Below are positions 1-9,988 of a stretch of 64,000 nucleotides of DNA, piece by piece. The first letter of the stretch is position 1; every line of letters begins with the position of its first letter. The notes under the pieces are model-generated. The model was not told the DNA's origin and did not search any database. It saw only the letters and a program-made list of their open reading frames with translations. The stretch is from a virus: the IMG/VR virus record IMGVR_UViG_3300039208_000624; one strand, written 5' to 3'. The position numbers and the translations under genes were made by a program.

Positions 1-163
1 GATCATTCCAGTCTATATCAGGATCATTCCAATTGTAGACTTCTTCGAATTCGCCAGTCTCAAAATCGCAGATATAGATTCCGCCGTGCGATTCGTCACG
101 ATTCAGTGATCGAATCACCGACGACGCCAGAACCTTTGGCTTTCTCGGAGCCCTGATATTCAT
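1..163 (-). CDS. Hypothetical protein, 5' part only (runs off the left edge)
   Basis: Not in the ORF track. Read manually from ATG at 163: MNIRAPRKPKVLASSVIRSLNRDESHGGIYICDFETGEFEEVYNWNDPDIDWND, open to the window edge and starting 4 nt after the stop of the 55-aa ORF. Confidence 0.7.
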   Translation of the reverse strand, partial: MNIRAPRKPKVLASSVIRSLNRDESHGGIYICDFETGEFEEVYNWNDPDIDWND

Positions 164-167
164 TTTC

Positions 168-335
168 TCAATCAGTAGTTCCCCGGACCTTAATCTTATC
201 GCCCTTTCTTCGTCGCTCATGCACATTTTCAGACTCCTCATCGCGGAGCCAGCATGGTCGATAGTTGACGTTTTTCAGACCTTGTCGTGCGGTAGCCGCA
301 CGACGTTTTTGCTCTTCCGCGAACTTTCGTTTCAT
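168..335 (-). CDS. Small basic hypothetical protein (55 aa)
   Basis: Not in the ORF track. MKRKFAEEQKRRAATARQGLKNVNYRPCWLRDEESENVHERRRKGDKIKVRGTTD; its ATG overlaps the upstream TGA (ATGA) and it fills the gap exactly. Confidence 0.55.
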   Translation of the reverse strand: MKRKFAEEQKRRAATARQGLKNVNYRPCWLRDEESENVHERRRKGDKIKVRGTTD

Positions 336-1060
336 GATAACTGCCTACCGCGTTGCATAATAAAAGTTTCCAGATCTTCTGGGGTGCCCATACCGAACAT
401 TTCGTCTACAAAGAAAGGTATCAGAGTACCTCCCGAGCGAATTAACTCGTTGTAGACAGGAGCAATATAGAACTCGCCGTTAGTACGAATATTCTTTTCG
501 ATCATACGATGAGCTGACCGCAAAAAATCTTCTGTCTTTCGGTAATAGTAGATGCCGCATGTAGCAATGTTGCTAATAGGCTTCTTTTCGGCCACCTCAA
601 CTACCGACTGTCCGTCCAATCTAACGAAGCTCCACTTAGGGTGTATAGCATTGAAAGCGAAAACAACGCCTTCTACAGAAGAGAAATTTCTTAGTAGATC
701 AAAGTTGAAGGTGCTGAACCTCACGTACTGATCTGAGTTAGCAATCAATAGCTCATCAAACGGATCGAGCACGTCTTCAGCAAGAAGTGCTGTACAAGCT
801 GCACCCTCAGTGACATCGCTCACCGGCGTTACGGTGATTCGACGATCGCCGACCACCTGCTGCAAAGTGCTATCCAAATCGTAACGATCGATGTGCTCCT
901 CCAGAGCCAAGAAATGGAAGCTGGCATCTTGAAATGGAAAATTCTCCACTACCCTTTGTATCATGGGCTTTCCCATAACATCAATCAATGGCTTAGGAAA
1001 AGTATATCCTTTTTCTTCGAAGCGGGAGCCTCGTCCTGCCATAGGAATGAGAATCTGCAT
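332..1060 (-). CDS. Sugar-phosphate nucleotidyltransferase (NTP_transferase family)
   Basis: N-terminal ILIPMAGRGSRF..GY..PKPLI signature; later EKKPIS..ATCGIYYY and NGEFYIAPVYN. Confidence 0.85.
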   Translation of the reverse strand: MQILIPMAGRGSRFEEKGYTFPKPLIDVMGKPMIQRVVENFPFQDASFHFLALEEHIDRYDLDSTLQQVVGDRRITVTPVSDVTEGAACTALLAEDVLDPFDELLIANSDQYVRFSTFNFDLLRNFSSVEGVVFAFNAIHPKWSFVRLDGQSVVEVAEKKPISNIATCGIYYYRKTEDFLRSAHRMIEKNIRTNGEFYIAPVYNELIRSGGTLIPFFVDEMFGMGTPEDLETFIMQRGRQLS

Positions 1061-1770
1061 TAGTAGCTCTCCATCGGGAATTTGTCCCAGATGTCGTTGT
1101 CCGCACGAACGATCTCTCCAAGACCATTCTTATTGGTATTATGCTCGCGAAACTTGAAATCGTCCGGGTTCTCATCAAGAAATTTTTGAATTGCTCCCTC
1201 GGTGTTAACTCCATATCCACGCGGAACATAGAAGTTCTTAGTGTCGTGAATAAAAAGACGCCCGCCTTCGCTCAATACATTGGCGTATTTACAGATCTCT
1301 CGATACGTGGTACCCGCACCACCCGCCTCTTTTCCCGCCACACCAATCCGCTCGGGATAGTTGTCATCATGATTGGTGTCGAGAAAAATGAAATCAAACT
1401 CTCCATCTACTTCATATTCCAAACTGTTCGCTTCTACAAAGTAGTGCTTTTCAAAATTATGCCCATGACCACAATCCTTTAAAAACTGTCTACATCTTTC
1501 GACTGTGGCAGCGGCAAGTGGGTCGATGTCTATGGAAATTAGCAAATCGCATCCATAGTAAGCACACAAAGCAATTAGGGTCTTAGTTGATTGACCAAAG
1601 AAGTCTGGCGGAACATGAGTATTGATTCGGCAAACCCCCAGCTCAAGCACCTTCTTGATGGGATATCCGCACACTTCATTCTGTCCAAAAGCGTCCCGAA
1701 AGACAAGCTCGTTCTTTGCAAAGTCCGTAAATGTCGGACGCATCTTTTTCAATACTTCAGAGAGTTCCAT
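1060..1770 (-). CDS. Class I SAM-dependent methyltransferase (Methyltransf_24-like)
   Basis: KVLELGV (motif I), LISIDID, EANSLE, FDFIFLDTNH, GGRLFIHD; GGAGGT RBS upstream. Confidence 0.75.
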   Translation of the reverse strand: MELSEVLKKMRPTFTDFAKNELVFRDAFGQNEVCGYPIKKVLELGVCRINTHVPPDFFGQSTKTLIALCAYYGCDLLISIDIDPLAAATVERCRQFLKDCGHGHNFEKHYFVEANSLEYEVDGEFDFIFLDTNHDDNYPERIGVAGKEAGGAGTTYREICKYANVLSEGGRLFIHDTKNFYVPRGYGVNTEGAIQKFLDENPDDFKFREHNTNKNGLGEIVRADNDIWDKFPMESY

Positions 1771-2675
1771 CCTGAAAGCACCTCCACTCCAAAAGGATAC
1801 TGAGTGACAACACCGGCCTCATTGGCAATATGACTACTCCTGTCATAAATAAGGCCATCAAATGGCTCAAAATGACTGTTGAAAAATCTCTTGCCAATAT
1901 GATCAAACGGAGATTCAATAATTGGACCTTCTATACCTTGATCAAGGTCATCTTGACGAGTTTCATTATAACACTCAATCTCATCGTTTGTGTACACATA
2001 ATGCTCATCTACATAGAATAGATGCATACGTTCAGCAAGTTGAGAGATATGATTCGACTGCAAGGCGTCGTAAGCGAAGTTAAATTTGTTACCAATCTGA
2101 CAACCAAAATATCCCGCAGCAACGAACTGATCTGCTATTCTCATTTCTCCATCATGATCAGAACTGAACTGCCAACTAATCTTGGCGAGTGCTTCGGTTT
2201 TGGTAAACCAGATAGGTGCTCTCATATGAGAGGGATGAGGATACTTAGCTCCTCCGTTAAAAATCTGGGTACCAACAAAACCAAGTAATTCGTGCTGCCG
2301 CAACATCGCTCTCGCTTGTCGTAACCAACTATTTCGCTTGAATATCACATCATCTGATACGAATGCGAGGTATTTGTAATCGCCCATGTACTTCTGGCCA
2401 TAATGGCGATAAGCACCGAACGCTCGGTTGGGTAAATTACCCTTGTTCTCTGTGATTGCGGTGGGCGGAATCCATTCTTTGCGAAGGTGTGCTTCGTTCA
2501 TATGGACCACTATAAGATCATGATCCATACCAGCCTCAGCTCTAATATAAGAAGGCCAGAAACAGGTGTTCTGTGCTGGCCCGGCTGCGACTACAATGAT
2601 TGCGGTATCATTCACCGAATATCTCTTTATGAAGCTTGCCGATAAACTCGGCTTCGTGGCCGCGACTTTTGCCAT
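1749..2675 (-). CDS. Putative GT-A fold glycosyltransferase
   Basis: DHDLIVVH, NRAFGAYR, YLAFVSDDVIF (DXD-like). The true start is probably GTG at 2615 (VNDTAIIVV), coupled to the upstream stop. Confidence 0.55.
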   Translation of the reverse strand: MAKVAATKPSLSASFIKRYSVNDTAIIVVAAGPAQNTCFWPSYIRAEAGMDHDLIVVHMNEAHLRKEWIPPTAITENKGNLPNRAFGAYRHYGQKYMGDYKYLAFVSDDVIFKRNSWLRQARAMLRQHELLGFVGTQIFNGGAKYPHPSHMRAPIWFTKTEALAKISWQFSSDHDGEMRIADQFVAAGYFGCQIGNKFNFAYDALQSNHISQLAERMHLFYVDEHYVYTNDEIECYNETRQDDLDQGIEGPIIESPFDHIGKRFFNSHFEPFDGLIYDRSSHIANEAGVVTQYPFGVEVLSGWNSLKY

Positions 2676-3588
2676 CTAACTGATAAAGAGTGTTGTACAT
2701 CGTATGAACGGCAAACCCATTACGAATAAACACTGCGTTCATATCGTGCTCCCGCATATAGTGATTCATCGGAACTTCGTCAAATGTATACGCCCATCCG
2801 CCAAGCTTATCCTTACCTACCCATCTGCGATCTTCGTCCTCGAAAATGGATTTCCACACCTCTGTGCGGATCAAAAAGAAGCTGTTGCAGAAATACGCAA
2901 TACTCATTGGGTCAAGCCTCATCCCTCCGCAACCACGAAACTGATCAACATGCTTTAAAACCATCTCATTAATGTAATACTGAGACGGCCCATGCATTCG
3001 AACGGGATGAATTCCTTTGACCGGAGTATTAAAGGCTCGCACCTTTTCCATGTAAGCTCGCCAATCCCATTCAGACGAATTGAGATCTTCGTAGTTAAAG
3101 TTCCATCTATTGGGATGTTTGAACTGTACAAAGCGGGAGTACAGTTCTTTAAGCTCGTCCTTATCAAGAAAATCCTCGGCGAACAAATCCACCGAGGGTA
3201 TTCCATTTGACAATAGAGGTAGGACCACAAAGTTGCTCGGATTTTGTAGGCAGTCGACGTTTTCGATCATATAATCCCAAACATGACCGTTTACAAAAAC
3301 GTCTTCATCAAGCTTTACCGAGTATTCTTCTGGCTGCTTGGTTGCCCAAGCTATCTTGTCGGTGTAATTCTTGGCACTCTTCTCTGCAAAATGCACTACC
3401 TCAACTTCCGCTCCCGCGTTCCGGAGCATCTTGCCCCAATTAGATTTCCATGGAGCAACATCATTGTTGACGAGAATATTGACCTTAACTTCCGAAAGAC
3501 GCTTGGCTTGTGCCAAGCTTTCGAAGGTCAGCCTATGACATTTTCCGTCACGACGATAGTGAAGATAATTAATTGCAATTTTTCGCAT
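2608..3588 (-). CDS. Putative GT-A fold glycosyltransferase
   Basis: KIAINYL N-terminal strand, YSVKLDEDVFV DXD motif, FCNSFFLIRTEVW, TFDEVPMN. Start moved to ATG 3588 on the basis of a GAGG RBS (ORF track 3600). Confidence 0.6.
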   Translation of the reverse strand: MRKIAINYLHYRRDGKCHRLTFESLAQAKRLSEVKVNILVNNDVAPWKSNWGKMLRNAGAEVEVVHFAEKSAKNYTDKIAWATKQPEEYSVKLDEDVFVNGHVWDYMIENVDCLQNPSNFVVLPLLSNGIPSVDLFAEDFLDKDELKELYSRFVQFKHPNRWNFNYEDLNSSEWDWRAYMEKVRAFNTPVKGIHPVRMHGPSQYYINEMVLKHVDQFRGCGGMRLDPMSIAYFCNSFFLIRTEVWKSIFEDEDRRWVGKDKLGGWAYTFDEVPMNHYMREHDMNAVFIRNGFAVHTMYNTLYQLDGKSRGHEAEFIGKLHKEIFGE

Positions 3589-3603
3589 AAGGAGCCTCAA
3601 CCA

Positions 3604-4230
3604 TTACAAGTGCTCCTTTATATTACACCAATTAACCTCTTCAGCGTTCTTCACACGCCATATTTTCGCACCTGTCTTGTTGGCCGCCTCGTATCCCTTG
3701 TCTGAATCTTCTACAATGAGACACTCTTGTGGAGTTCGACCTATTTCAACCATAGCAGTAACGTATGGTTCGGCGTGTGGTTTTGGATGCCTAACATCTT
3801 CATTAGTTACAACTGCATCGAAAAGCCCCCTTACTCCAGATTTATTCAGCATGATCTCAGTAGTCTCACGAATAGAGTTTGTTACACATGCAGTCAATAT
3901 ACCAGACTTCATAAGGCGAGTAAGCATTTCAATCTTAGACTCATCATTCTCAACTTTGTCGAGAAGTATCTCGATGGTCTTTTTCTGCTTAAGCGGTGGA
4001 ATGGCTTTAGATTGCTCGACCGTAATCCTTCCCTGACCTACCAAGATTTCCATTTTCTTGGATGTGGGAAGTCCATTGAACATACTGACGTGCTCTTCTT
4101 CATTAATACGAAATCCCGCTATCTCCTCGATAGCGTCATTCAAGGCATCCTTGTGCCAATCGCAAGCATCTACCAAAACGCCATCGAGATCAAAAAGAAC
4201 GGCTTTCACATTAAAGACAGGTTCTCCCAC
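3604..4230 (-). CDS. HAD-superfamily phosphatase (beta-PGM/CbbY-like)
   Basis: VLFDLDGVLVD motif I, CVTNS motif II, KPHAEPY motif III, LIVEDSDKG motif IV. Confidence 0.9.
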   Translation of the reverse strand: MGEPVFNVKAVLFDLDGVLVDACDWHKDALNDAIEEIAGFRINEEEHVSMFNGLPTSKKMEILVGQGRITVEQSKAIPPLKQKKTIEILLDKVENDESKIEMLTRLMKSGILTACVTNSIRETTEIMLNKSGVRGLFDAVVTNEDVRHPKPHAEPYVTAMVEIGRTPQECLIVEDSDKGYEAANKTGAKIWRVKNAEEVNWCNIKEHL

Positions 4231-4907
4231 GGTGCGTGCTCCTTTTTCTTCAACAAGAATGCGGAAGCATGAACATTACAAGCAAACGCATTCTCCCCGT
4301 ACTCCAAATACATACGGCGAGACCACTCAATATCCTCTGACTCGCCCCAAACCAAATCTTCATTGAGGGGCACCTTCTCAAGAACCTCCTTCTTAGCACA
4401 GAAAAAAGCTCCGGAGTAGTACTGCCATCTTTCAAATCCCCGAAGACCTGCTCTCATGCATCGAAATCCAAATCGTCCTTCAAGGTCGTCCTGCATATCA
4501 ACGCCAGCATCATGGCCAGCGGTGCACCAGAAACGAAACAGCCGGCCATTCGTGTTGTATATAGGAGTGACGCAGGACTTCCAATCATATCCAAAGTTTT
4601 TGAAGTCATTGCACCAATTACTACCTATAGTTACGTAATCGTGCATAAGACAAACATTTGGATGGGCGGCCATTTCGGCGACAATATTCTTCTTCTTGGT
4701 GATCCAGGCCGGCTTTACGGTTTCATCAAATTCAACTTCCAAAACTCTTCGCCTACCAAGATAACGTCCATCACGCTTGAATCCAACTATGATGATTTCA
4801 AACTCATCATCTGTTGTAAACTGGCTGTGAATATTTTGAACGATATCTTCAACTCGCTCCGGATTATTGCCATCCGTTATAATTCCAAAAGTCCAGCTAT
4901 TCTTCAT
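4206..4907 (-). CDS. GT2-like glycosyltransferase
   Basis: WTFGIIT, FEIIIVG, WITKKKN, VCLMHDYV, YYSGAFFCAK, WGESEDIEWS. Confidence 0.7.
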   Translation of the reverse strand: MKNSWTFGIITDGNNPERVEDIVQNIHSQFTTDDEFEIIIVGFKRDGRYLGRRRVLEVEFDETVKPAWITKKKNIVAEMAAHPNVCLMHDYVTIGSNWCNDFKNFGYDWKSCVTPIYNTNGRLFRFWCTAGHDAGVDMQDDLEGRFGFRCMRAGLRGFERWQYYSGAFFCAKKEVLEKVPLNEDLVWGESEDIEWSRRMYLEYGENAFACNVHASAFLLKKKEHAPWENLSLM

Positions 4908-5580
4908 CCGGCACCGCCTTACTCAATCGATAAATGATGTCGTCGTGAGCAGCACTCGGCGTCGAAATGCGTTGTACATTCAGATTGTCTGGCTGAAGAG
5001 ACAAAACGAATTTCATAAAATCAGATTTGTTGTAGGTGTTCCAGTAATAGCAAGCACCATGTTCATCTGGACCATGCCGAACAATGTTATCGGGCTTGTC
5101 AGTCAGAGGCTCAAAGAGGACGACATAAAGATCGCGTGCAGCCACCCGCCAAGCTTCACGGATAGCTACTTCGTACCCTTCAGGAAGATGCTCCAGTACA
5201 TGACGAAGAATAACAACATCGTGAGAGTTATCTGCCATGGGTAACTCTTCAACAAATGATTCTTGAACGCCAAAATTAACATAACCTTCATACCGCTCTT
5301 CAGCATTCTTAAGGAATCGAGACCCGCGATCAACTCCAAGGTAACTGAAGTTCATCGGATACAGCTCTTCGAATACCTCGAAATTGACACAGTTGCCACA
5401 AGCAAGATCGAGAATCGAAACCTCATGATCGTCCGGCCATTCGGTCGCCGCGACAAGTTGCACAAGACGTCGGCGACCAAAATTGTCCGTACCAACTCCC
5501 ACGTTTCTCATCAAATTTGCAACCTGCTCTTCGGTAAACGTGTCATGATTGTCTACCAACTCTTCCCAAGGCTTACTCAT
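4897..5580 (-). CDS. Class I SAM-dependent methyltransferase (Methyltransf_11-like)
   Basis: SILDLACGN, YLGVD, ELPMADNSHDVVILRHVLEHL, AIREAWRV. Confidence 0.9.
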   Translation of the reverse strand: MSKPWEELVDNHDTFTEEQVANLMRNVGVGTDNFGRRRLVQLVAATEWPDDHEVSILDLACGNCVNFEVFEELYPMNFSYLGVDRGSRFLKNAEERYEGYVNFGVQESFVEELPMADNSHDVVILRHVLEHLPEGYEVAIREAWRVAARDLYVVLFEPLTDKPDNIVRHGPDEHGACYYWNTYNKSDFMKFVLSLQPDNLNVQRISTPSAAHDDIIYRLSKAVPDEE

Positions 5581-5630
5581 CGCAAAAACTCCAACTTTTG
5601 TTCGGTAATCATCCAGAAAATTTTACTCAT

Positions 5631-6332
5631 TCATCGCTCGACGCTCGTTCCTAAGCTATAGAGATAAAGTCTCTCAGGAATGTTATAAAACACCGCTCCG
5701 ACCGCCATCATACGCTTCCACAAATCGTAATCTTCTGCACCTCGAATATCTCGATATGGACCTTCGCCGGCAACAATCAGACATTCAAGGGATTCTTTTC
5801 TGATCATAACCGAACCATGACACATAACATTTTCGTGTGGCAACTGATCTCTAATTTGCTCATGTGTTTCGAACTGTCCCGGCTTAAAACAATTCGGACG
5901 TAAGATTCCGTCTTCCCAACGGTCCCAAGCCTGGGTACCAATAACAGAAACGTCAGGAAACTCTGTGGCATACTGCGATTGAAGCTCCAGCTTACATTCT
6001 GCCCACTCGTCATCCACGTCGCAATATGTTATGTAGTCGCCCGTGCAAAATTGCAATCCAAAGTTTTTGGCTGCCGCCAAGCCTTCCTTGCGTCCTCTCG
6101 TGCGTAGTACCCAATTAATTGGCGTCAAGCCTTTTTTGTCATCCCAAGTCTCGGCTTCCTTAATGTACCGTCGAGTATCTTTGACGTAAACAAATGACTC
6201 GTCCAGAACTATCACGACTTCATCTGGCCTGCGAGACTGTCTTCGTAGACTACCCAATGCCCGATGAAACATCGCACGAAGCCTAATGTCGCCTTCTGGG
6301 ATATACGCACAGACGAGAGTAGATATTTTCAT
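5631..6332 (-). CDS. GT2 family glycosyltransferase
   Basis: PDEVVIVLD, GLAAAKNFGL..CTGDYITYCDVDD, HGSVMIRK, AEDYDLW. Start at 6332 (ATGA coupling; ORF track 6341). Confidence 0.9.
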   Translation of the reverse strand: MKISTLVCAYIPEGDIRLRAMFHRALGSLRRQSRRPDEVVIVLDESFVYVKDTRRYIKEAETWDDKKGLTPINWVLRTRGRKEGLAAAKNFGLQFCTGDYITYCDVDDEWAECKLELQSQYATEFPDVSVIGTQAWDRWEDGILRPNCFKPGQFETHEQIRDQLPHENVMCHGSVMIRKESLECLIVAGEGPYRDIRGAEDYDLWKRMMAVGAVFYNIPERLYLYSLGTSVER

Positions 6333-7183
6333 AGTCCGCAAGCCTCAATTATGTACTCGCACCGCTGTTTGTAGGTATGATTGAGAAGCACATGATTGTG
6401 GCCATCCACAGTCAGCCTTTCTCGCTCCGCTATATCACTTTTTAGAAAGTCAATGATTCCGGGCAAATCTTTATCATCAGTATAGCCGAGATAAAACTGC
6501 CCTTCACGCATCACATCATCACGATTCTGATTGTTGACTTGACACACAAGCAGAGATCCTGCTGCCGGAGCCTCAAAGAATCGCATCGGCATAAGGCCGG
6601 CACCACCGCCAGCTACATCGCAGATAGATATGAGGCTGGACCCCAACGCATCGATATACTTTTCACGATATACTCCGGCGATAAACTCGGCGTCATCTAC
6701 CGAAGCGATCAACTGCCTTCTTGATTGTCTGTCTGAACCTACTAAGGAAGCCACCCTTTTCTTGGGGAAATCAAGAGGTCTGTAATGAATATCCGTGTCT
6801 GCGGCATATGGTAGAAAATCAGCATTCAGAAATTCAAGGAAATCCGTGTTGGCACAAAAGATTCTGTCAAACTCCATGTGGTCGCACAAAGCTTTCCAAA
6901 ACTGAGGCTGCATCTCTACATCAAACAACCAAGCAACCTTGCGGCGAGCAGGAATATTCTTGAGGATTCCGTACTGCTGATCTCCGTCATTCATCTCCAT
7001 ATAAACAACAAGATCATAGTCGGTCCATTCTCCATGGTTTTCCAGTTTTTGCTCTGGATGTCCATAATAATGGCCCCAAGTGTAAACGTCATGATCTAAC
7101 GCACGAAATGCTCGGACTACACTGTCACCAGTTGCCCAACCCTTCGATTGAGGAATTCCTCTGTAGCTAACAAGAATCTTCAT
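6329..7183 (-). CDS. GT-B glycosyltransferase (CgeB/Glyco_trans_1_2-like)
   Basis: FLPYAAD, MPMRFFEAPAAGSLLV, ERERLTVDGHNHVLLNHTY..R C-terminal signature. Confidence 0.8.
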   Translation of the reverse strand: MKILVSYRGIPQSKGWATGDSVVRAFRALDHDVYTWGHYYGHPEQKLENHGEWTDYDLVVYMEMNDGDQQYGILKNIPARRKVAWLFDVEMQPQFWKALCDHMEFDRIFCANTDFLEFLNADFLPYAADTDIHYRPLDFPKKRVASLVGSDRQSRRQLIASVDDAEFIAGVYREKYIDALGSSLISICDVAGGGAGLMPMRFFEAPAAGSLLVCQVNNQNRDDVMREGQFYLGYTDDKDLPGIIDFLKSDIAERERLTVDGHNHVLLNHTYKQRCEYIIEACGL

Positions 7184-7497
7184 AATTGTTCCAGTACGGC
7201 CATTGTACTTAGTCTACAAGCACTTATCCAAATCACCTCGCATCGATCTTTTCCTGCTGGATTGTCTGGATGCGGAACATATATGACCGCACCAAAATCT
7301 GGATCGGGAATTTGGCCAGGTAAATAAATGACGTATCCGATGTCCACGATTCCGTCGTATTCGCCCAACCATCTTATTCTTACTTTAGAGCCTGGATCTA
7401 AGTTACATTGCATGTTGTCAAAATTAGGCTCAAAATCTCCTTCTTTGCCTCCTCCAGCAATCTCAATGTCTTCGCGTATCTTTTCTATATCAAACAT
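7180..7497 (-). CDS. Hypothetical protein (105 aa)
   Basis: Coupled at both ends to its neighbours; no family recognised. Confidence 0.7.
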   Translation of the reverse strand: MFDIEKIREDIEIAGGGKEGDFEPNFDNMQCNLDPGSKVRIRWLGEYDGIVDIGYVIYLPGQIPDPDFGAVIYVPHPDNPAGKDRCEVIWISACRLSTMAVLEQL

Positions 7498-8569
7498 TGA
7501 TATGAGCCTCTCCCTCTCCCCTACCGGCCGGCGTCACTCTAATAAACTGAGCTTTGCGATGGAACTCTTCAAGATTACGAGCACCAACATAAGTAAAAGC
7601 CGAACGAATACCGCCCGCAAAATGACGAATGACTTCTCCGACCGGACCTTTGCAAGGGACTGAGGTGGACACACCTTCATGTGTTTTCCACTCGGACATT
7701 GATCCCATGAATTCTTCTTGAGCCTCGCGGGATGCCATCCCACGAAAGACCTTATGCTTTGTACCCTGATCAAGCATCCAGGCCGTATGGTCAGGATCAA
7801 TACCTCCATTATAGTCTGGATTACGAATAAGCCCTGCTCCGGGTTTAGTAACTACTGAACCCGGCGTTTCGTCGCATCCAGCAAGCTGACCGCCCAGCAT
7901 AATCGCATCAGCACCAGCAGCGAGAGCCTTCGCGGCGTCACCTGGATTTCGAATACCGCCATCAGCAATCAGGAACCTGTCGACTCGTCGACAGTTCATG
8001 ATAGCAGTTATCTGTGGAACGCCAACACCCGTATTAATTCGTGTGGTGCAGGCTGAGCCTGGACCGATACCGACCTTAATACCGTCAGCACCACACGAAG
8101 CAAGATAATCTGCCCCCGCTTCTGTAGCAACATTTCCCGCTATTACAACAATACCTTTTCTCAACTCTCTCTTAATCCACTTGATCATCTGCCCCACAGC
8201 CTTAGAATGGCCGTGTGCTACATCGACACAAATAATTCGTGCTCCAGCATCACTCAAAGCACCGGCTCTCTCTTTAGCACTCTCGCCAACACCAACAGAT
8301 ACACCGCACAAACCTGGATGCACTTCTTTGAAGTCCGCAACATTCTGCTCGATTGTATTGAATCGATGAAGAATACCGAGTGCCTTCTCATCATCCATAG
8401 CACGAGCCATACTGGGTCCAGTTATTGTATCCATATTGGAACTAATGATGGGAATATCAATAGCATAGTTACGCAAAGAAGTTTTAAGACTGACGTCTTG
8501 TCGGGATTCAATATCATTGTACCCCGGCATAAGATAGACATCGTCAAAAGTGATTGCTTGCTCAAACAT
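7490..8569 (-). CDS. IMP dehydrogenase / GMP reductase family enzyme (guaB/guaC family, no CBS domains; flap loop favours GMP reductase)
   Basis: [31 protein letters not shown], catalytic [49 protein letters not shown]. Confidence 0.92.
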   Translation of the reverse strand: MFEQAITFDDVYLMPGYNDIESRQDVSLKTSLRNYAIDIPIISSNMDTITGPSMARAMDDEKALGILHRFNTIEQNVADFKEVHPGLCGVSVGVGESAKERAGALSDAGARIICVDVAHGHSKAVGQMIKWIKRELRKGIVVIAGNVATEAGADYLASCGADGIKVGIGPGSACTTRINTGVGVPQITAIMNCRRVDRFLIADGGIRNPGDAAKALAAGADAIMLGGQLAGCDETPGSVVTKPGAGLIRNPDYNGGIDPDHTAWMLDQGTKHKVFRGMASREAQEEFMGSMSEWKTHEGVSTSVPCKGPVGEVIRHFAGGIRSAFTYVGARNLEEFHRKAQFIRVTPAGRGEGEAHINV

Positions 8570-9575
8570 TTGAGAACCTCGGTTTCAAGAGATTTTCTCT
8601 ACTCTGTCCAACTTCTATTGCCTCAGTAAAGCTATTGGTAATATGCTTCCAGGTTTTATTCTTAGCACCGGACATAGCAGCGAAACTTCTTATGTAAAGT
8701 TTAGAATCACGAGTATTCCAAAGCCTACAGAATGCTTCGGCTATGTCATCCGGAGAGTCTGTTCCAACTATCTCTCCGCTATACCCAGAAGAAACAAAGT
8801 CGGTAGTACCATACTTTGTACAAATTGGTATCGTGCCACACGCCATAGCCTCAATTACTGGCGTTGGGCAGCCTGCAAGCCGAGAAGCATCCAGATAAAC
8901 ATGTGCGTTTCGATAGCTCGCAGCAACACTGTTGCGGTTTTTCGTGCCATCATTCATGGGCATGAGATTAATTGGCACACCCTTCTTTTGAGCAGCACGA
9001 ATTCCAGCGAGAGCTACATCCACCCCACGCACCCAACCGCCCCGATTCCAAAAACAAACATTTAAGGAAGAGGGGTCATCCCAAATCCTAACATCGTCAT
9101 TATTATGGAATATTGTTGGGTCATATCCCGGTGAAACAAGAGTCTGAATGACATTTCGATTATACATCTGCTCCATGATAATTTGCACATATGATGAAGT
9201 GCAAAAAATCTTCAGTGGCAACGAATACGAATCAATTGCTCTCTGTCTCCACGCAGCATCGTTATCATTGAACACGCCTTCATTAGTGTGAACCCAATAA
9301 AAACGATCTGAAGCGTTTTCGTGATCTGCCACGGCTTTTGCCGTAGGCGAAAAAGGGCTTACCAGAACACCATCATAATTCCGAAACTCCTCGCTGTTTG
9401 CTGGGTAGATTGGAAAGAAGTTAGGAATCCATGTGCAATCCTTGTCGCCATTGATATCAACAAATGCACGCACCTCATGTCCGCGGGTATGCAGTTCATT
9501 GAGAACTTCGATAATACAGGCGATGCCGCCACTGATCCAGCCTTCAAGAGCAGATGTATAGATGGCCAGCTTCAT
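8562..9575 (-). CDS. GT4-like (GT-B) glycosyltransferase
   Basis: SGG..CI.EVLNEL..RGHEV, PGYD..IF, GCPTPVIEAMACGTIPICT. Confidence 0.85.
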   Translation of the reverse strand: MKLAIYTSALEGWISGGIACIIEVLNELHTRGHEVRAFVDINGDKDCTWIPNFFPIYPANSEEFRNYDGVLVSPFSPTAKAVADHENASDRFYWVHTNEGVFNDNDAAWRQRAIDSYSLPLKIFCTSSYVQIIMEQMYNRNVIQTLVSPGYDPTIFHNNDDVRIWDDPSSLNVCFWNRGGWVRGVDVALAGIRAAQKKGVPINLMPMNDGTKNRNSVAASYRNAHVYLDASRLAGCPTPVIEAMACGTIPICTKYGTTDFVSSGYSGEIVGTDSPDDIAEAFCRLWNTRDSKLYIRSFAAMSGAKNKTWKHITNSFTEAIEVGQSRENLLKPRFSNV

Positions 9576-9988
9576 TCGTCGGACTCTCCCTGTAAATACT
9601 TTTTGGCGTCAGTCCACTTTCCGTCAATATCAAATCCCCATCGACGATAGCGACGCCCACGAAAAACAAGCGTGGTGGTGCCCCGATCAACCTTCACAAT
9701 AGAGTGAAAATGTTTGGCAAAACGCTTTTTCAAGTTAAGCCATCCGACTTTTTCATAACCCTTTTTGTTAAGTTCTGTGTATCCTCCCCACAAAACAAAA
9801 GTCCAGAAATTGAACGGGTGATCGTGAAGATAAACGTTTGGGTCCGGATTATGCATGCGATGCAAAAGCAGTGCAAACCACGGAGTCTCAATGATGGTAT
9901 ATCTTGTAAAATACTTCCGTTCGCCTCTACGAGCCAACTCTTTCTTGTGAAGAAGTCGCCATCGGTGTGTATTTGGATAAAGATTCAT
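9572..9988 (-). CDS. Cupin-like conserved phage protein (HDHP motif)
   Basis: LHDHPFNFWTFVLWGGYTE...FHSI...TLVFRGR...WGF pattern seen in many phage hypothetical proteins. Confidence 0.65.
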   Translation of the reverse strand: MNLYPNTHRWRLLHKKELARRGERKYFTRYTIIETPWFALLLHRMHNPDPNVYLHDHPFNFWTFVLWGGYTELNKKGYEKVGWLNLKKRFAKHFHSIVKVDRGTTTLVFRGRRYRRWGFDIDGKWTDAKKYLQGESDE

